64,000 nucleotides of DNA from assembly GCA_963835065.1 (NCBI GenBank), contig CAWIEK010000012.1, positions 1 to 64,000 of the forward strand, written 5' to 3'. Positions within the stretch are counted from its first letter, which is position 1. Each line of letters starts with the position of its first letter. Under the pieces are notes generated by a model. The model saw only the letters and a program-made list of their open reading frames with translations. It made no database searches and was not told the DNA's origin. Positions 1-8,025 of this stretch are shown here, in pieces. The position numbers and the translations under genes were made by a program. Source of the DNA: an uncultured Chthonomonadaceae bacterium (GTDB lineage Bacteria; Armatimonadota; Chthonomonadetes; Chthonomonadales; Chthonomonadaceae).

Positions 1-1
1 G

Positions 2-163
2 TGGCTCCTGCAGGCGTTTCAGTTCGGCAGGTCACGCGGCTTCGTGATGATGACGTATTTCAACTTTCCGCACCGCTACTGGGAAATTCATCCCCAAACG
101 CAGGCCGGAGCGGTTTTAAGGGAGGAAATCAACCGCGAAACCGCGAAACAAAGCGAAGTCTGA
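2..163 (+). CDS. 3' end of a gene truncated by the window edge (WLLQAFQFG...YFNFPHRYWEI...QSEV*); product uncertain
   Basis: Frame 2 is open from base 2 to TGA at 161-163, just upstream of the next gene; translated by hand. Confidence 0.5.
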   Translation, partial: WLLQAFQFGRSRGFVMMTYFNFPHRYWEIHPQTQAGAVLREEINRETAKQSEV

Positions 164-205
164 ATAAAGAAACCCTGAAACCCTACGGAAAGGATTGCCG
201 CCCGC

Positions 206-1363
206 ATGAAACTGGAAACACTTGCCGGGATTGATGTTTTGCAGCGCGATGATTTTGCGCCCCTGCATGATCGGCGCATCGGCCTTGTCACCAATCATAC
301 GGGCTTGAACCGGGATGGCGCGGCAACCGCCGACCTGCTTCACGCGCATCCTAAAGTGCATTTGACCGCGCTGTTCGGGCCGGAACACGGCATACGCGGC
401 GCGGTGGATGAAAAGGTTCCCGATGGCAGGGACGCCAAAACGGGTCTTCCCGTGTATAGTTTGTACGGCGAGCGAACACGCCCCCTGCCCGAACAGCTTG
501 CCGGCCTTGACATGCTTGTTTTCGACATTCAGGACGTGGGCGCGCGGTATTACACCTACATCAGCACACTGGGTTTGTGTCAGGAAGCGGCAGCGCAAGC
601 CCGCCTGCCGTTTCTGGTCCTGGATCGTCCCAACCCGATTGGCGGCATTGCGATTGAGGGGCCGCTTGCGGATCGGGACAAACTGAGTTTTACCGCCCAC
701 CATCCGATTCCCGTTCGGCACGGCCTGACCGTCGGGGAAATGGCGCTGTTGTTTCAAGCCGAAAAAGCCGCTCTTTCTCCCACTGGTGAAACCGCTTCGC
801 CCCTGATGATCGCGCATGTGGAAAACTGGAAGCGTTCGGACGCCTGGGATCAAACCGGCCTGACGTGGACTAATCCCTCGCCCAACATGCGCTCGCTGAC
901 GCAGGCGTTTTTGTATCCGGGCGTTGGCCTGCTGGAATTTACCAATGTTTCGGTCGGCAGGGGCACGGACACGCCGTTTGAGATTATTGGCGCTCCCTGG
1001 ATGGACGGGCGCAAATTGGCGCAGCATCTCAACGCGCAAAACCTGCCGGGCGTCCGCTTCGTGCCGATTCATTTCACGCCCCACGCCAGCAAACACGCCA
1101 ATGTCAGTTGCGGCGGCGTCAATATCCTCGTGACGCGGCGTGACCAATTTCATCCTGTCCGCACTGGCTTCGCGCTTGCCTGCGGCCTGCGCGACCTCCA
1201 CGCCGGCACCTGGGAACACGCCAATTACCTCCGCCTGCTCGCCAACCAATCTGTTTACAACGCCCTGCTTGCAGGCGCAACTCCTGCCAAACTGGAACAA
1301 CTCTGCGCCCCCGACATACAGGCGTTTCGCAAGCGCTGCGCGGCGCATTTGCTGTACGAGTAA
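206..1363 (+). CDS. DUF1343 / NamZ-family exo-beta-N-acetylmuramidase
   Basis: Motifs GLVTNHTG, LFGPEHG, FDIQDVGARYYTY, LDRPNP, PSPNM, SVGRGTDTPFE. Confidence 0.9.
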   Translation: MKLETLAGIDVLQRDDFAPLHDRRIGLVTNHTGLNRDGAATADLLHAHPKVHLTALFGPEHGIRGAVDEKVPDGRDAKTGLPVYSLYGERTRPLPEQLAGLDMLVFDIQDVGARYYTYISTLGLCQEAAAQARLPFLVLDRPNPIGGIAIEGPLADRDKLSFTAHHPIPVRHGLTVGEMALLFQAEKAALSPTGETASPLMIAHVENWKRSDAWDQTGLTWTNPSPNMRSLTQAFLYPGVGLLEFTNVSVGRGTDTPFEIIGAPWMDGRKLAQHLNAQNLPGVRFVPIHFTPHASKHANVSCGGVNILVTRRDQFHPVRTGFALACGLRDLHAGTWEHANYLRLLANQSVYNALLAGATPAKLEQLCAPDIQAFRKRCAAHLLYE

Positions 1364-1466
1364 GGCATCAGGCATGAGGCATTAGGCATTAGAGGAAAAC
1401 ACTTCGCGCTTCCTTACTCTCCTATGCCCACCATCCTAATGTCTGCTGCCTAATGCCTAATATCTA

Positions 1467-2387
1467 ATGCCTAATACCTTTGATGTAATCGTATACGGAA
1501 CCATCTGCCTCGACGCCATCTGGCGCGTGAAGGAACTCGCGCCGAAGGGCGGCTATGTGTCTATTCTGGAAGCCAAGCAGATGATCGGCGGCGAAGCGTG
1601 TAACACGGCCATTGCGCTGACGCGGTGGGGCGTTCGGGTGGCGCTGGTCGGCAACGCGCTTGGCGATGATGACAACGGGCGACTGCTGCGCGAACTGCTG
1701 GCCCGCGACGCGCCCGCTCTGGACACGCGCTTTGTGCGTACCCTGCCCGATGCCCACACGCCGTTTTGCGCGTGTATCGCCACGCCGGATGGCGAACGGA
1801 CGATGTACGGCACGGGATTTTCCACCATGCAGTGCGCCGAATTGGAACCGGAACTCGCGCGCTCCGTTCCGTGGTTCACGCTTGACCCGAACGCCTGGGA
1901 ACCCGGACGCAAGGCCGCGCTGTGTGCCGCCGAACAGGGCGCGTCGGTGCTGGCGATGGATTACACCCGCGACCCGGAAGTAAGCCGCGCGTCCGCACTC
2001 AACGTCACCTCCCGCGAGCATCTCACCCACCCGAAAACAACCGAGGAACTCGCCGCCTACGCTTCCCACTTGCGCGACGAATGCGGTCAAACAACGATTG
2101 TTACGTTAGGCGCGCAGGGCTGTCTCGTAGCGGAACGGGGACAAAGCGGCCTTCCTACCCTTATTCCCGCCTACCACGCCCCGGCCATGATAGACGCGAC
2201 CGGCTGCGGCGACGTGTTCCGGGCGGGCCTGCTGTACGGACAATTACAGCATTGGGACCTGCTCCGCTCCGTCCGCTTCGCGTCTGCCGCCGCCGCGCTC
2301 AACTGCGGCGCGATGGGCGGCTGGGGCGGGGTGCAAACCGTGCCGGAAATTGAAAACTTCCTGCAAACCGCGCAAATACAGGAATGA
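1467..2387 (+). CDS. PfkB-family carbohydrate kinase
   Basis: GGEACNTAIAL N-terminal motif and DATGCGDVFRAG PfkB signature. Confidence 0.9.
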   Translation: MPNTFDVIVYGTICLDAIWRVKELAPKGGYVSILEAKQMIGGEACNTAIALTRWGVRVALVGNALGDDDNGRLLRELLARDAPALDTRFVRTLPDAHTPFCACIATPDGERTMYGTGFSTMQCAELEPELARSVPWFTLDPNAWEPGRKAALCAAEQGASVLAMDYTRDPEVSRASALNVTSREHLTHPKTTEELAAYASHLRDECGQTTIVTLGAQGCLVAERGQSGLPTLIPAYHAPAMIDATGCGDVFRAGLLYGQLQHWDLLRSVRFASAAAALNCGAMGGWGGVQTVPEIENFLQTAQIQE

Positions 2388-2653
2388 ACCACGGGGAACA
2401 CGGGGGAGGGGAAAGAGAGATGGGAACCGCGAAATACACGAACCAAGACGAAAAAAGGAAAAACAAAAAGAACCGCAAAGAGGCAAAGGGGGCAAAGAAG
2501 AGAAGACCGTTCGTGAAACTCTTCCCGAACTCGTATCAAGTTTTTCTCTTGTCTTTTCGTTCTTTTTTCGTTTATTTCGTGTGTTTCGCGGTTTCCACTC
2601 TCCTAATGTCCTTCCCCTCTTCTCTCCCCGTGTTCCCCGTGTTCTCCGTGGTT
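2387..2653. repeat. Nested inverted-repeat element built from 9-mer-periodic arms (AACCACGG.../AACCGCGAAA.../AACCGCAAAG...)
   Basis: Outer arms AACCACGGGGAACACGGGG / CCCCGTGTTCCCCGTGTTCTCCGTGGTT; inner arms AACCGCGAAATACACGAA / TTCGTGTGTTTCGCGGTT; related copy at 36340-36580. Confidence 0.85.
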
Positions 2654-5355
2654 GACTTTGCTCCTCCGGTTAGCCAGTCCAAGCCGGCGTGGATGTCTTC
2701 AAAGGTGTTGCCGGTCCAGCCGTGTGTGCCCTGATACTCGCGGAACTGCGTTTTTGCCCCATGCGCGCGCATAAACTGCTCGGCTTCATGCGCCTGTTGG
2801 ATGGGGATGAAGTCGTGGGACGAGTGGTACAGGAAGAACCGCTTGCCGGCGAGTGCGGACGGGGCGGGCAGTTCGGCGGGCCGGAAAACCGACATGGCGA
2901 TAAACGCGCCCCGCAAACTGCTGCGCGGACTGGCGACAGCCGTATACACAGCCGGGCCGCTGGAAGACCAGGCCAGCGCGTAAATCTGATCCGGGGCAAG
3001 ATGGGTTTGTCGGCGGACATCCGCAATCACGTCTTCAATCAACTGCTCGGTGGGGAACTTCATGCCGTAGAACGGGTTGGGGCGCGTAGGCCATACCAGA
3101 TTGTTCGCCTGCCAGTCGCTCCAGCGCGGCGCGATAATCTGCGCGACCAGCATGTCGTTGGGCACGGCGTTCTTTTTCATGCGGCGGATGAACCAGCGAA
3201 AATCATCGCTGCCGTCGCCGCCGGGCAAAACTACCAGCAGTTTGTAGCCTTTGGGCGGTACGGGCTGCTTTGCCTGCAAGCCGACAATCCGGTACGCGCG
3301 ATTCGGGTCGCCGCCCAGGGCAATGCGCCGGGAAGGCACGTCACGAATGTCGTCGGGCTCGGGTTCCGGTTTGACTTGCGCCACGCCCTGCGTTTTCGGC
3401 TGGACGCGGGGCGCATAGCCATACGCCGTGACAAAGGGGTTGTGCTGCTGATTGCCCTGCGGCTTGTACGGGAATTGGAGATAGTCCGGCTGCGGGACAA
3501 ACGCGGCGATACGTTTTTCCACATCGGCGTGGTGGCCGGCCAGCCATTGCTGCCACCAGACGCGATCCTGTGTATCCGCATAGCGGACGCCCGTCAGCGG
3601 ACTCAGCCCGTTTTGGACGATAAAGGAAAACAGGTTGCTGGCATGGTCAGCAGGCAGCAAGTCAATGAGGGGCGCAATCGCGGCAGGGTCTTTCAATTTT
3701 TCCAGAGCGGAAAGAACGCTCATCAGCGAATTGTTCTTGCTTCCCAGTTCCTGCTTTACGCCGGCCAGCAGATATGCGCGCAGGGCGGCAGGGTCGCGGT
3801 GTACGGCAATGGGCACGGGCGCGCGGTACGCCAGGGTGTGGGGCAGGTCGGGGATGGCGAGGTTTCCCGCCGTGGAGTTCAGTTCCAGCCGATGCTGTTC
3901 CCACCACAGCCGCCACCAGTTGCCGTCATGGGTTGAATTGTAGGGAACGCCGGTCAGCGGAGACAGCGCGAAATAGCCGATGCCATAAATGGAAGCGGGC
4001 GTGTTGTCCGCAGCGATCATGCCGATGAGCGTGGGGATTACCTGCGGATCGTTGATGGCCGCCACTGCGCCTGCCGCGCCTGCCGGCCCGGTTTCCTGCC
4101 CTCCTGCCTGCTGAAGCGCGCGGGTCAGTTCCTGAAGGCAATAGTCTTTGTAACGCTGCGGGTCATTATGAACTTCACGAGGCAGGGGTTCCTGATAGGC
4201 TTTGGAGCGCGGCAATTCGGGAATGGGCAGATTGCGGATGGAAGCGGGCAGGCTGTCGTGGTTGTGTTCCCACCATAGCCGCCACCAGTTGCCGTCATGA
4301 TGCTCGCCGTACATCACGCCGGTCAGCCAGCCCAGGCCGAAATAGCCGACGTTGTAAATTGTATCCGAGTTGTTATCGGCAGCAATCAGGCCGATGAGCG
4401 TGGGAATGGCTTCGGGGCGTCCATAATCGCCAACGCACTGCGCCAGGGACGTAGTGGCGTTGCTTTGTTTTTGCACGGCTGCAATCAGCGCGCGCAGCAG
4501 GGGCGCGTACCCCGGCGCATACCCGGCTTTTGCCAGCAGGCGATAGGCGCGGAACTGTGTTTCGTCATCCTGCGACTGCGTGGCAGCCGGCAGAATCACC
4601 TTGTCAAGTGTTGCGTTTGGCAGGTCGAAATTCTGCAGCATGTCCAGAATGGCGGCTTTTATCTGTGGCGTGGCATTGGCATCCGTCAGGCGATGCTCAC
4701 AGACCGTCAGCAGTCCGTTTTTCACGGCAAGGGCGCGCGCATTGGAACTGCGCAGCAGCAATCCTACCGACTGCGAAAGGGGCTGCAATACCTTCGCGTC
4801 TGCTACATCAATCTGCTGCGCCACTTCGCGCAGGCGTTCGCCCTGCGCGTCGGCAAGCGGCTTCGTAACATTCTGGCGCAGGCGTTCCAGCGCTTCCGGC
4901 GCTTTGGTGTTCAGGGGCAGCAGCAGGGCGCGGCAGATCATGTAAACGGTTTGGGAGCGTACTTTCTCGTCCGTGTCTTCGGCGGCCAGCATCAAAATGC
5001 CGAGCGTGTCCGGGTGTTCGGCGTTGACAAACGCATTCGCCAGTTCCTGCTTCACGATGGGATTGGTCAGGCCGGGCCACAGCGCGCGCAGGGCTGTCAG
5101 GGCTTTGCCGGGAGCCAGTCCGGCCAGGAGGCTCACTTCGCTGCGCGCCGTCCGCCAATCATCCGGCGCGATCTGGTTCAGGCGGGCGGCAAATTCGGCG
5201 CGCTCCTGCGCTTCCTTTTGCTTTTCCGTTTGTTTGTCTGACGACCTGGCTGCCTGCTTGCCTGCGGGACTGTTTTGCGCTCGCCCCGCATCCGCCCCGA
5301 CAAACCCCGCCAGCAGCACCGCCAGCGCGGCGCTTTGAATTTGTTTGTTTCGCAT
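2572..5355 (-). CDS. Secreted protein with HEAT-like helical region, three Trp-rich internal repeats and a C-terminal alpha/beta hydrolase (carboxylesterase/phospholipase-like)
   Basis: Signal peptide; repeats IPTLIG.IAADN...GYF.L..LTGV.Y...HDGNWWRLWWE; nucleophile elbow LAWSSSGP, acid in HSSHD, His in YQGTHGW. Confidence 0.8.
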   Translation of the reverse strand: MRNKQIQSAALAVLLAGFVGADAGRAQNSPAGKQAARSSDKQTEKQKEAQERAEFAARLNQIAPDDWRTARSEVSLLAGLAPGKALTALRALWPGLTNPIVKQELANAFVNAEHPDTLGILMLAAEDTDEKVRSQTVYMICRALLLPLNTKAPEALERLRQNVTKPLADAQGERLREVAQQIDVADAKVLQPLSQSVGLLLRSSNARALAVKNGLLTVCEHRLTDANATPQIKAAILDMLQNFDLPNATLDKVILPAATQSQDDETQFRAYRLLAKAGYAPGYAPLLRALIAAVQKQSNATTSLAQCVGDYGRPEAIPTLIGLIAADNNSDTIYNVGYFGLGWLTGVMYGEHHDGNWWRLWWEHNHDSLPASIRNLPIPELPRSKAYQEPLPREVHNDPQRYKDYCLQELTRALQQAGGQETGPAGAAGAVAAINDPQVIPTLIGMIAADNTPASIYGIGYFALSPLTGVPYNSTHDGNWWRLWWEQHRLELNSTAGNLAIPDLPHTLAYRAPVPIAVHRDPAALRAYLLAGVKQELGSKNNSLMSVLSALEKLKDPAAIAPLIDLLPADHASNLFSFIVQNGLSPLTGVRYADTQDRVWWQQWLAGHHADVEKRIAAFVPQPDYLQFPYKPQGNQQHNPFVTAYGYAPRVQPKTQGVAQVKPEPEPDDIRDVPSRRIALGGDPNRAYRIVGLQAKQPVPPKGYKLLVVLPGGDGSDDFRWFIRRMKKNAVPNDMLVAQIIAPRWSDWQANNLVWPTRPNPFYGMKFPTEQLIEDVIADVRRQTHLAPDQIYALAWSSSGPAVYTAVASPRSSLRGAFIAMSVFRPAELPAPSALAGKRFFLYHSSHDFIPIQQAHEAEQFMRAHGAKTQFREYQGTHGWTGNTFEDIHAGLDWLTGGAKSTTENTGNTGREEGKDIRRVETAKHTK

Positions 5356-5479
5356 GTTGGATTCTCCTTTTCGCCAGTTCGCCCGGTTCGCCGGTTCGCC
5401 AGGGGTTGAAAACCCTTGTCTCTATGGCCTGCGGCCAAGCGTCCTACGGACGCAAATTCCTCTCACTCATCATTCATCA

Positions 5480-7309
5480 TTAAGGCTTTTCCAGCCACTC
5501 TATGCCCCGGCGGATTTGCGGGTAAACGTGTCCATGCCAGCCGTAGCCGCCTTCGTAAGTTACCAGTTCCACGTCTGCGCCCTGCGCGCGCAGTTGGGAA
5601 CGGGCTTGCGTTGCCATATCGAGCGGGGCCATGTTGGTGTCCAGGGGCTGATGCAGGAAGAAACGGCGTCCGCGCGCTCCGGCAAGCGGGGGCAGGGAAG
5701 AGGGGGTGAACACGGACATGGCGATAAACGCGCCCCGCGTTTGCGTGGTCGGCTGCAAAGCAGCCGCGTAGCAGGCTGGCCCACCGGACGCCCATCCGAG
5801 CGTGAACACCGAACGCGAGTTGATGGAAACGCGGGTTTTCACGTCACGAATCACGTCCTCGACAAAGGCTTCGGTGGAAAATCCGACTCCGGGCAGGGTA
5901 TTCGTTTGCGTCGGCCAGACGAGAGAGCGCGCCTGCGCTTGAGTCCATTGGGGCGCGATTAGTTCGGCGACGAGATAGCCGGGCGGCAGTCCGAACGCCT
6001 GAATACGCTTGACAAAGTATTGGAAATTGGCGCTGCCATCCCCGCCGGGCAGGACGACGAGCAGGTGATAGCCGCCGGACGGAGCGGGCGTTTGGGTTCC
6101 GATGAGCAAATAATGCTTGCGTGGGTCGCCGCCGACATGCAAATCCAGGGCGAGCGTGTTGACGGGGTCGGCAGGCATGGGGGCAATGTCTGCGGACGGG
6201 GCGGCAGGGGGCGCAATCGGCAGGCGGGCGGCTTGTATGTGCCAGGGACACAGCACAATCAGGCACGGCATACACGTCAGCGCGGCGGCAAGGCGCATAC
6301 GCGGCGGCAGGGGCTGCGCAGAGCGCGTCTGTCGTTTCAGCCAGGCGAGTCGGCTCTTGAGCGTGTGGTAATTCGCCGTCGCGCCCAACGCCCCGCGCAG
6401 CATCCCGATGGACGGCGCTTTTTCCTGCGACACCAGTTTGAGCAGCAGATTGCCGTACAGGACAGGCGGCGCGTCCGTAATCGTGACGGCCTCGTAATCA
6501 CACGCGGCTTCGCGGGCGGTCAGCCATTCCCGACAGGCCAGCCACACGGGCGGGAAAAAGAAAAACAGCGTTTGCGCCAGAACCGGAATCAAACTCAGCC
6601 ATAAATCGCCGCGCCGGATATGCGCCATTTCGTGCGCCAGGGCCAAACGCGCTTCGTCGGCGGAAAAATGGGTGGCGAAATCGGGCGGCAATAGTATGAG
6701 CGGGCGCAGAAGTCCGATCACAAGCGGGGCGGAAATGGCGTCGGCTTCCGCAAGGCGCGGCATACGCGCCAGCCCCATCAACACGCCCAATTCCCGCGCC
6801 TGCGCCGCCAACGGCGTATCGTCAAGCGAGCGGGCGGTACGACATAACCGATACAGCGCCCAGGTTTCCCGGCCTGCCAGCGCGATGCCGACCCAAACGC
6901 CGCATAGCCAGGCTATAAATAGAAATGTTCGCCCGGAAAGCATCGGTTTTGCCTGTTCGGGCGCGGGCAAAGCCATTGGCGCGCTCCCGTATTCCCGGCC
7001 TGTACCTGAGAGGGACGGCGTAATCGCGGCTCGGGCGGGAGCGGGCGCAACCAGAGCGGCGGGCAGGGAACCGGCGCGAACCGGCACAACCAGGGGCGCG
7101 GCCCAGAACAGGCCAAGCGCCAGTTTCAGGCAGGCCAGCAGCCAGAGCCAGTGCCGAAGGCCGGGGGAAAGCGCGGGAATCAGGCGGCACAGAACCCACG
7201 CCAGCAGGATGAACACACTTCCCTGCCAGCAAGCCCGCCAGCAGTTTTCGCTCCACAAGCCGCTTCCCATTTCCAAACGCTGCCATACTATCTCTGCCGC
7301 GCGGTTCAT
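5480..7309 (-). CDS. BlaR1/MecR1-like M56 metallopeptidase fused to a degenerate alpha/beta-hydrolase domain
   Basis: N-terminal TM helices, GLLRPLILLP, LAHEMAHIRRGD (HExxH), REAACD, LKSRL; C-terminal domain aligns by eye with the hydrolase of 2572-5355. Confidence 0.9.
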   Translation of the reverse strand: MNRAAEIVWQRLEMGSGLWSENCWRACWQGSVFILLAWVLCRLIPALSPGLRHWLWLLACLKLALGLFWAAPLVVPVRAGSLPAALVAPAPARAAITPSLSGTGREYGSAPMALPAPEQAKPMLSGRTFLFIAWLCGVWVGIALAGRETWALYRLCRTARSLDDTPLAAQARELGVLMGLARMPRLAEADAISAPLVIGLLRPLILLPPDFATHFSADEARLALAHEMAHIRRGDLWLSLIPVLAQTLFFFFPPVWLACREWLTAREAACDYEAVTITDAPPVLYGNLLLKLVSQEKAPSIGMLRGALGATANYHTLKSRLAWLKRQTRSAQPLPPRMRLAAALTCMPCLIVLCPWHIQAARLPIAPPAAPSADIAPMPADPVNTLALDLHVGGDPRKHYLLIGTQTPAPSGGYHLLVVLPGGDGSANFQYFVKRIQAFGLPPGYLVAELIAPQWTQAQARSLVWPTQTNTLPGVGFSTEAFVEDVIRDVKTRVSINSRSVFTLGWASGGPACYAAALQPTTQTRGAFIAMSVFTPSSLPPLAGARGRRFFLHQPLDTNMAPLDMATQARSQLRAQGADVELVTYEGGYGWHGHVYPQIRRGIEWLEKP

Positions 7310-7809
7310 TTCGCGTCCTCCTCGCCTTTGCGCTGCGCTTGTTCCCGTTGCGTCTGTTCCAACTGATTTTGTTTAGGTTGCGTTTGCTCTGGCTGCTTTT
7401 GCTTTGGCTGCGCTTGTTCGGGCTGCGTTTGGCCCTGTTCCAGTTCCGCCACCAGTTGCTTGAGATCGGCAAGCTCGTCGCTGGACAGGTTTTTGGTTTC
7501 GGTCAGGTAGGCGACAAACGGGGCGATGCGCCCGCCAAGCGTTCGCTGCACGAAATCCTGCACGACATTTTGCAGCACGTCGGTTTTGGGCGTTGTGGGC
7601 GCGTAAACCCAGTGGCCGCTTTGCTGCTTGCGCGTCAGAAACCCTTTGGCGCGCAGCCGCTCCATCATGGTCAGAACGGTGGTACGCGCCAGCCCGCGCG
7701 TTTCGCCCCACTCTGCCGCCACTTCGCGGACGGAAACCGGGGCATGGTCGGTGACATACTGCAGCATTTGCAATTCTTGATCTCCCAATCGGTTTTGGGA
7801 TGGGCGCAT
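7306..7809 (-). CDS. BlaI/MecI/CopY-family transcriptional repressor with a Q-rich pentapeptide tail
   Basis: LGDQELQML, ARTTVLTMMERLRAKGFL, FVQRTLGG, LSSDELADL; AAGGAG RBS before ATG at 7809; 4-bp overlap with the M56 gene. Confidence 0.92.
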   Translation of the reverse strand: MRPSQNRLGDQELQMLQYVTDHAPVSVREVAAEWGETRGLARTTVLTMMERLRAKGFLTRKQQSGHWVYAPTTPKTDVLQNVVQDFVQRTLGGRIAPFVAYLTETKNLSSDELADLKQLVAELEQGQTQPEQAQPKQKQPEQTQPKQNQLEQTQREQAQRKGEEDAK

Positions 7810-7842
7810 AGTGAACTCCTTGTACGCAATGCTCATCGGAGG

Positions 7843-7895
7843 TGACGACATTGGTAGTCAGATAAGAGTATAACACAGACGACGCTTGTAGTCAA
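7843..7895 (-). promoter_or_regulatory. Sigma70 promoter of the blaI-like operon, overlapped by two palindromic operators
   Basis: Minus strand TTGACT (7895-7890), 17 bp, TATACT (7872-7867) with extended -10 TG; operators TGACTACAAGCGTCGTCT (7877-7894) and TGACTACCAATGTCGTCA (7843-7860). Confidence 0.85.
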
Positions 7896-8025
7896 TAGGC
7901 GGAACAAAAAATTTACAGCCTTGAACACGCCTAAAAGCCGACGCATACTTGATAAAAATGGTAAACTTTGATATTCTCATACTAACTTGTTTTTGTTCAT
8001 AAAAATTCGCAGAAGGAATGCTTTC

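Noticed and set aside
131..157. AACCGCGAAACCGCGAAAC as a copy of the 9-mer element
   Set aside because: It falls within the coding 3' end of the first partial gene and lacks an inverted partner.
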